From Prevotellaceae bacterium (lineage in GTDB: Bacteria; Bacteroidota; Bacteroidia; Bacteroidales; Bacteroidaceae), in the NCBI GenBank assembly GCA_030523165.1, contig JAUNIZ010000001.1:1-44549 (forward strand): a stretch of 44,549 nucleotides of DNA, read 5' to 3'. A program made the translations under genes and the position numbers. Of the stretch, positions 38,533-44,549 are shown one piece after another. The notes under the pieces are model-generated. The model saw nothing but the letters and a program-made list of their open reading frames with translations, ran no database searches and was not told the origin of the DNA. Within the stretch, counting starts at the first letter, position 1; every line of letters starts with the position of its first letter.

Positions 38533-38556
38533 CACGTTAATTTACATATAAGAAAA

Positions 38557-40530
38557 ATGTCAGAGAATCAAATCAACGAGAACAATTATTCAGCCAGTAA
38601 CATCCAAGTCCTGGAAGGTCTGGAAGCCGTGCGCAAACGCCCGGCCATGTACATCGGAGACATCAGTGAAAAGGGATTGCATCATTTGGTGAACGAAACC
38701 GTCGACAACTCTATCGACGAAGCGATGGCAGGATACTGTACTCACATAGAAGTAACAATTAACGAAGACAACTCAATTACTGTGCAAGACAACGGTCGAG
38801 GCATACCTGTTGACGAGCATAAGAAACTCCATAAATCGGCACTCGAAGTAGTAATGACCGTTCTCCACGCTGGAGGTAAATTTGACAAAGGCTCTTATAA
38901 GGTGTCCGGTGGTCTTCATGGTGTAGGTGTAAGCTGCGTTAACGCATTGTCTACCCACATGCTATCACAAGTATTCCGCGATGGAAAAATATACCAGCAG
39001 GAATACGAAAAAGGAAAACCTCTATACCCAGTAAAGGTAATCGGTGATACAGAATTGCGCGGAACACGCCAGCAGTTCTGGCCAGACCCTACTGTTTTCA
39101 CCACAACTCTATACAAATACGATATCATAGCAAAGCGTATGCGTGAGTTGGCATATCTTAATGCAGGTATCAAGATCACGCTTACAGACCTCCGACCAGA
39201 CGAAGAAGGAAAGACAAAGCAAGAAGTCTTCCATGCAGAGCAGGGTCTGAAAGAGTTTGTTCGCTACATAGACCGTCACAGAACACACCTTTTTGATGAC
39301 GTTATCTATCTGAAAACAGAGAAGCAAGGCACACCTATCGAGGTCGCTATCATGTATAATACTGATTATAGCGAGAACATTCACTCCTATGTCAACAATA
39401 TCAATACCATAGAAGGCGGTACCCATTTGGTAGGTTTCCGTATGGCATTGACAAGGACATTGAAGAAATATGCAGACAATGACCCTGTTATATCCAAGCA
39501 GATTGAAAAAGCAAAGATAGAAATTGCAGGAGAAGACTTCCGCGAAGGACTAACCGCAGTTATCTCTATCAAAGTTGCAGAACCTCAGTTTGAAGGACAG
39601 ACTAAGACCAAGTTAGGCAATAGCGAAGTCACAGGCGCTGTTCAGCAAGCTGTTTCTGAAGCATTGACATACTATCTAGAAGAGCATCCGAAAGAAGCCA
39701 AGCAGATCTGCGACAAGGTTATCTTGGCTGCTACTGCACGTATAGCGGCACGAAAAGCCCGTGAAAGCGTTCAAAGAAAGAACCCAATGACAGGAGGCGG
39801 ACTGCCAGGAAAACTTGCTGACTGCTCTAATAAAGACCCGAAAGAGTGCGAAATATTCCTTGTCGAGGGAGATTCCGCAGGTGGATCTGCAAAACAAGGA
39901 CGTGACAGATATACTCAAGCCATACTGCCTTTGAGAGGAAAGATACTTAACGTTGAAAAGGTAATGTGGCATAAAGTATTCGAAAGCGAGTCTGTAATGA
40001 ACATTATCCAAAGTATCGGAGTTCGTTTTGGTGTAGATGGAGAAGGTGATAAAGAGGCAAATACAGACAAACTTCGTTATGACAAGATTATCATAATGAC
40101 CGATGCCGATGTCGATGGTTCACATATCGACACACTTATAATGACTCTTTTCTATCGCTTTATGCCAAAGGTAATACAAGACGGTCACCTGTATATTGCT
40201 ACTCCACCACTATATCTTTGCACATATAAGAATAAAGTGAAAGAGTATTGCTATACAGACCAACAGCGTCAGGCATTCCTTGACAAGTATGGAAATGGCA
40301 TTGACGATGGCAAGAGCATTCATACACAACGTTACAAAGGTCTTGGTGAAATGAATGCTGACCAGCTTTGGGATACGACAATGAACCCGGAGACTCGTCT
40401 TTTAAAGCAAGTAACTATTGAAAATGCAGCTGAAGCAGATGAGATTTTCTCTATGCTTATGGGCGACGACGTTGAGCCAAGACGCCAGTTCATTGAACAG
40501 AACGCTACATACGCCAATATTGACGCTTAA
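38557..40530 (+). CDS. gyrB: DNA gyrase subunit B
   Basis: LEAVRKRPAMYIG, SGGLHGVGVS, PQFEGQTK, EGDSAGG, PLRGK, DADVDG, RYKGLGEM; start moved to MSENQ at 38557. Confidence 0.96.
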   Translation: MSENQINENNYSASNIQVLEGLEAVRKRPAMYIGDISEKGLHHLVNETVDNSIDEAMAGYCTHIEVTINEDNSITVQDNGRGIPVDEHKKLHKSALEVVMTVLHAGGKFDKGSYKVSGGLHGVGVSCVNALSTHMLSQVFRDGKIYQQEYEKGKPLYPVKVIGDTELRGTRQQFWPDPTVFTTTLYKYDIIAKRMRELAYLNAGIKITLTDLRPDEEGKTKQEVFHAEQGLKEFVRYIDRHRTHLFDDVIYLKTEKQGTPIEVAIMYNTDYSENIHSYVNNINTIEGGTHLVGFRMALTRTLKKYADNDPVISKQIEKAKIEIAGEDFREGLTAVISIKVAEPQFEGQTKTKLGNSEVTGAVQQAVSEALTYYLEEHPKEAKQICDKVILAATARIAARKARESVQRKNPMTGGGLPGKLADCSNKDPKECEIFLVEGDSAGGSAKQGRDRYTQAILPLRGKILNVEKVMWHKVFESESVMNIIQSIGVRFGVDGEGDKEANTDKLRYDKIIIMTDADVDGSHIDTLIMTLFYRFMPKVIQDGHLYIATPPLYLCTYKNKVKEYCYTDQQRQAFLDKYGNGIDDGKSIHTQRYKGLGEMNADQLWDTTMNPETRLLKQVTIENAAEADEIFSMLMGDDVEPRRQFIEQNATYANIDA

Positions 40531-40551
40531 TAGTAGACATATAAAATACAA

Positions 40552-40598
40552 AAGCACGCCAAGAAGAAAATCAAACAACTTCTTGGCGTGCTTGTTTT
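40552..40598. terminator. Bidirectional terminator between gyrB and the MBL gene
   Basis: AAGCACGCCAAGAAG-N12-CTTCTTGGCGTGCTT perfect 15-bp stem, A-rich on the left and T-rich on the right. Confidence 0.85.
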
Positions 40599-40640
40599 AT
40601 ATAGGTAAGCAACATTCTATAATGCAGAACGTATATCTCT

Positions 40641-41360
40641 CTATGGAATAGTCAATATACGTTCTCCTTCATTATGAATATACAGAAACTTAACTCCAAA
40701 GCTTTCCGCTTCTTTTCCAAATGTCATTGCTATATCCTGAGCAGGAGGGAAATGCATTGGAGCAATGTAAGTGGTATGAATTGTTTCCAGCCATTGCCTG
40801 GCACCACGCCCAAAGTCTATCTTAAGACGAGGATCTATAGGAAACATCACAAGAAACACCGATGGATGTTCTGCACGAATATCTCTAAGAATCGCTTTGA
40901 AATCGCCTTCCATCTTCTTAATCTCCTGAGGTGTTGATTCATGTTCCCAATGCCAATTGTTTAAATCGCCAGCATGAAAGACCTCTTTCCCTTCAATATC
41001 AAGCATAAACGATACACCAACATCTGTTGAACCATAGGCTTTTATTTGAATATAATCATCCTTATATGTTTCCCCTCTACGAAGAAAGACATCTGCGTCT
41101 TCTTTTCTTGCACGCTTATGCTTAACTATATCATGTGACAATATAACTATTTTCTCCCCATTAGGCACATCCATCTGCAATATTTCAGAATTATAATGAT
41201 CAGGATGAAAATGGCTTGCAAGAAAATAAACACGCTTATTCGTTGTAGATAGACACTTGGATATTACACCTTCAGGGTCTTTCCAATAGTCAAATACAAT
41301 AATACACTGATTGGTTTCAAGCATAAAACAGCTATGGAAGATATATGTTAGATTCATCAT
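40641..41360 (-). CDS. MBL-fold metallo-hydrolase
   Basis: HSCF, SHFHPDH, FHAGDLN, PMH. Confidence 0.88.
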   Translation of the reverse strand: MMNLTYIFHSCFMLETNQCIIVFDYWKDPEGVISKCLSTTNKRVYFLASHFHPDHYNSEILQMDVPNGEKIVILSHDIVKHKRARKEDADVFLRRGETYKDDYIQIKAYGSTDVGVSFMLDIEGKEVFHAGDLNNWHWEHESTPQEIKKMEGDFKAILRDIRAEHPSVFLVMFPIDPRLKIDFGRGARQWLETIHTTYIAPMHFPPAQDIAMTFGKEAESFGVKFLYIHNEGERILTIP

Positions 41361-41391
41361 AACCGCAGTATCCTTTATGCCTAAAAGAGAT

Positions 41392-43032
41392 TTATTTCAC
41401 AACAATCTTCTTTCCTACAATATAAATTCCGTTTTTAAGCGCATCAATGTCATTGCCTAGATATCTTCCATCGATACTGAATACACGCTTATCTGACACT
41501 TCATCTGCATCAACAACCACATTAGATATACCTGTTGCAGTATTATTGTTTGCAAATGTGAATGATATCAAACCGTCTTCACTTTGGGAAATATTTGTTA
41601 TCGGCTTGTTCATATAATAAGTACCATCAGTATTGGCATTATAAAGCGATGCCGCTGGAACAGAATTGTTTGTAAGACTATCATTTTCATTATACGGATA
41701 AACGTCACCAGCAGCCGTATTCCTTAGAGAAACACTTTGGTCTGCTTGTATCGGAGTATATCTTTGATGTGAAGAAACCGCATTAACGGTATTTTCAAAC
41801 CAAGCCGATTCGTCATAGTCAATATGGGTAATAAGCAGACCAGATCCAGGAACTTCTGCATCCCACCCTGTCTGTTGACGATTCTCAAGCAAGTAATACT
41901 CATTCTTATTTCCGTCATTATATATAATATATGTATCGCCCCAATCACTCATAGATGCCATATCCTCTACTATAGTATCATTGGAAAGCACTATCGGCTC
42001 ACGCCAACCGCAGAACATTTTCTCATAAGCCGTATATCCAGCCGGTATGAAACTGTCACCATTATAGTTTCCATAATCAAGCAAATCCCAACAATCCATA
42101 CCATAACCATACCCTGCTGTAGCATAAACATCAGGCAATCCGAAACAATGAGAGAACTCATGACAAATAGTACCGATGCCATCAACATTTCCAATATAAT
42201 TCAACTCATTACTACAAGCATAAGTATCAATAATTATATCATTTATAGAAAACATGCTGCCAGTAGCATCATAAACTGTCCATTGATGAGGCCAGATATA
42301 GTTACTGCCACTTCCGTCGTTCTCACCATGCCCTGCATATAGGATAAAAACCTGTTCTACCTCACCATCACCGTCCCAATCGTAATCCGAAAAGTCTATT
42401 GTATCTGCAATAGCTTGGCAAGCTTCCTTCACCATCTCGCCAGGGCGTAAATCGTTTCCATATCTGTCATTGGCACCATAATATGAATATCCATTAGACA
42501 AAGTTACAGGTCCAACAACGTCAAAGTCAAATTCAAACTGTCCTTCACTTTGTGCCATGAAATAATCTTTCACGCTTCCTATGAAACCCAGAGAACTTGT
42601 AAAATTCAATTCATTTGCTATTTGATTATAAAGCTCTTGATTATTAGACTCCTGAAACTGTAGATCTGAGAATTGCGCCAATATAATCAAGCCTTTCTTT
42701 GTCCCTATATAAAAATCATTCTGGCTGCTGTTGCTCTTTATTTTATTTGCTCTTCTTGAACGATTCTGCTGCAATTTGGCTCTCTTCTTCTGAGCGTTAG
42801 ACTTCAACATCAACGTATCAGCAATCTCATAAGTATTCGTTTCGGAATTGAAAGAAAACTTTCTCCCATCCTCAGCTTGCCAATAATTATAGAATTCATC
42901 ACCGACTAGCTCTACCTTTACTTCGCTTCCGTCTGTCAATACTATCGTTTTCCATTGTCCACGCTTAGCAGGAACAGCCATTATCTGCACAGATACAAAT
43001 AGTACAAATAAACAAAAAATTATTCTTTTCAT
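41392..43032 (-). CDS. M6-family (immune inhibitor A-like) metalloprotease with T9SS CTD
   Basis: Signal peptide, GDE propeptide motif, YAGHGE, HEFSHCFGLPD zinc motif, EYYLLENRQ, C-terminal TGISNV...FSIDGR...GIYIV.KKIVVK. Confidence 0.88.
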   Translation of the reverse strand: MKRIIFCLFVLFVSVQIMAVPAKRGQWKTIVLTDGSEVKVELVGDEFYNYWQAEDGRKFSFNSETNTYEIADTLMLKSNAQKKRAKLQQNRSRRANKIKSNSSQNDFYIGTKKGLIILAQFSDLQFQESNNQELYNQIANELNFTSSLGFIGSVKDYFMAQSEGQFEFDFDVVGPVTLSNGYSYYGANDRYGNDLRPGEMVKEACQAIADTIDFSDYDWDGDGEVEQVFILYAGHGENDGSGSNYIWPHQWTVYDATGSMFSINDIIIDTYACSNELNYIGNVDGIGTICHEFSHCFGLPDVYATAGYGYGMDCWDLLDYGNYNGDSFIPAGYTAYEKMFCGWREPIVLSNDTIVEDMASMSDWGDTYIIYNDGNKNEYYLLENRQQTGWDAEVPGSGLLITHIDYDESAWFENTVNAVSSHQRYTPIQADQSVSLRNTAAGDVYPYNENDSLTNNSVPAASLYNANTDGTYYMNKPITNISQSEDGLISFTFANNNTATGISNVVVDADEVSDKRVFSIDGRYLGNDIDALKNGIYIVGKKIVVK

Positions 43033-43056
43033 TTTCCTTTGACTTAAATTCGATTA

Positions 43057-43064
43057 CAAAGTTA
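43057..43064 (-). promoter_or_regulatory. -7 box for the M6 protease
   Basis: TAACTTTG on the minus strand, 24 nt upstream of the ATG. Confidence 0.55.
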
Positions 43065-43174
43065 GTTATTTTGTTCTGTATAAACAAGAGTTTCTTTATT
43101 ATTTAGAGTATTTATATTTATAGATAAGTTTATCATTATCAATATATTGGCATCATCTACAAGAAGCAGATATT

Positions 43175-44239
43175 CTATATCGTAACTCCATCCAATAGTT
43201 CAAAATATGTCTTTATGGCATTGTCTATCTCGCTTATAAGAATAAACTCATCAGCAGAATGAGAACGTGAAGATTCGCCTGGACCTAGCTTAAACGAAGG
43301 GAAAGACATCAATGCCTGGTCGGATAGCGTAGGAGAACCGAACGGTTTCATACCCATTCCCATACAACGCGCAACGAGAGGATGATTACGACTTATTGAA
43401 GAAGATGAAAGATGGAACGAACGTGCCTTTATTTCACTATTCAAATGGCTTTCTAGAAAAGCGAAGACATCTTCATTACGATAATGTTCATTGGTACGTA
43501 CATCTATCGTAAACGTACATTCATCAGGAATTACATTATGCTGTGTTCCTGAATTGATTATCGTTACATTCATCACCGTAGGGCCAAGCAGGTCGCTTAT
43601 CTTATCAAATTTATATCCACGAAGCCATACAAGGTCATCTAAAGCTGCATATATTGCATTAACACCCTCGCCTCTTGCAGCATGTCCAGATACACCTTTT
43701 GCCTTGGCATCAACAACCATCAGACCTTTTTCTGCTATTGCCGGCTGCATTCCAGTAGGTTCACCGACTATAGCCACATCTATTTTCGGAAGCATCGGCA
43801 GTACACGACGTATACCGTTAATGCCAGAAACTTCTTCTTCTGAAGAGGCAAGATAGATTATATTGTAAGTTTGGTTTTTTAAAGTAAGTCTACGGAATGT
43901 CTGAAGCAAAGACACAAGACCTCCACCACAATCATTGCTGCCCAATCCATAAAGAATACCATTCTCTATAGACGGTTCAAACGGATTCCGTGTCCATGAA
44001 CTTACGGGCTTAACCGTATCTATATGCGCATTCAGCAACAGAGTAGGCTTTGACTCATCATAGTCTTTACATATAGCCCATAGATTATTCCCTTCTCTAT
44101 GGCAGTCAAGACCATAATCAGACATCGCTTTCTCCATAACATCGGCAGCTGCAGTTTCATCTCTGCTAACCGATGGCGTGGCTATCAGTTGTTTAAGCAA
44201 ACTGACGGCACTATCCAAATAATCTTCATGCTGTTTCAT
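43175..44239 (-). CDS. argE: M20 metallo-hydrolase, ArgE-like acyl-ornithine/citrulline deacylase
   Basis: LNAHIDTV, GLGSNDCG, EEEVSG, GEPT, GHAA, HNVIPD, SHSADE. Confidence 0.8.
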   Translation of the reverse strand: MKQHEDYLDSAVSLLKQLIATPSVSRDETAAADVMEKAMSDYGLDCHREGNNLWAICKDYDESKPTLLLNAHIDTVKPVSSWTRNPFEPSIENGILYGLGSNDCGGGLVSLLQTFRRLTLKNQTYNIIYLASSEEEVSGINGIRRVLPMLPKIDVAIVGEPTGMQPAIAEKGLMVVDAKAKGVSGHAARGEGVNAIYAALDDLVWLRGYKFDKISDLLGPTVMNVTIINSGTQHNVIPDECTFTIDVRTNEHYRNEDVFAFLESHLNSEIKARSFHLSSSSISRNHPLVARCMGMGMKPFGSPTLSDQALMSFPSFKLGPGESSRSHSADEFILISEIDNAIKTYFELLDGVTI

Positions 44240-44247
44240 CTCAAATG

Positions 44248-44255
44248 CAAAGATA
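44248..44255 (-). promoter_or_regulatory. -7 box for the argE-like gene (very short leader)
   Basis: TATCTTTG on the minus strand, 8 nt from the ATG. Confidence 0.55.
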
Positions 44256-44450
44256 GGGATTTTCGTGCATTTTCCTACTCTCCGATAGACTTTTTTATTT
44301 TGGTAACATAAAGGAATCTACGTATCAATGTCAATCATGCAAAAAGTTAAAGATTTAAAGGTATCATGCTACCAATTAAAAAATCCTACCTATTTCTTTT
44401 GCATTTCACTATTTTTGAGTATTTTTGCAATAAATAAAATTATCAATGCT

Positions 44451-44549
44451 ATGCAAACAAGGTGTCATCTTTCGGTTCTTATTCATGAACAAGCAAAAAA
44501 GTATGGAGATAAGCGCGCACTTATATACCGTGAGTTCGGCAGCAGCAAA
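44451..44549 (+). CDS. 5' fragment of a probable long-chain fatty-acid-CoA ligase (runs off the window)
   Basis: MQTRCHLSVLIHEQAKKYGDKRALIYREFG resembles the N-terminus of Bacteroidales AMP-dependent acyl-CoA ligases; TATTTTTG box at 44420-44427; only 33 codons visible. Confidence 0.6.
   Translation, partial: MQTRCHLSVLIHEQAKKYGDKRALIYREFGSSK

Noticed and set aside
40641-41360. MBL-fold protein as a beta-lactamase
   Set aside because: No signal peptide and only generic fold motifs; housekeeping context.

Overview
Bacteroidales (Prevotella-like) chromosomal window, judged from TAnnTTTG -7 promoter boxes, a SusC/SusD pair and T9SS C-terminal domains. It runs: a tyrosine recombinase at the left edge, DUF3109, ung and a divergent GH35 beta-galactosidase; then a ~28 kb beta-mannan/galactoglucomannan utilisation locus (5325-33645: T9SS glycan-binding protein, GH5, GH27, SusC, SusD, two surface glycan-binding lipoproteins, a mini T9SS-CTD protein, three GH26-fold proteins, CE7, GH3, GH130, GPH transporter, 2-epimerase, AraC regulator, GH2); then housekeeping genes (pnp, recO, tRNA-Glu, rpsT, gyrB, MBL hydrolase, M6 protease, ArgE-like, start of an acyl-CoA ligase). 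Best leads: (1) a translationally coupled pair in which a small CTD-only protein and a CTD-less GH26 share a similar ~55-aa N-terminal domain, a candidate dock-and-carry adaptor for T9SS export or display; (2) a GH26 lipoprotein lacking both catalytic glutamates; (3) three intergenic arrays of ~22-bp-period AAA-N7-TTT units, two next to a 25-bp imperfect palindrome; (4) a shared AraC-type operator architecture at two PUL promoters. All family calls and alignments were made by eye from motifs; no searches were run.
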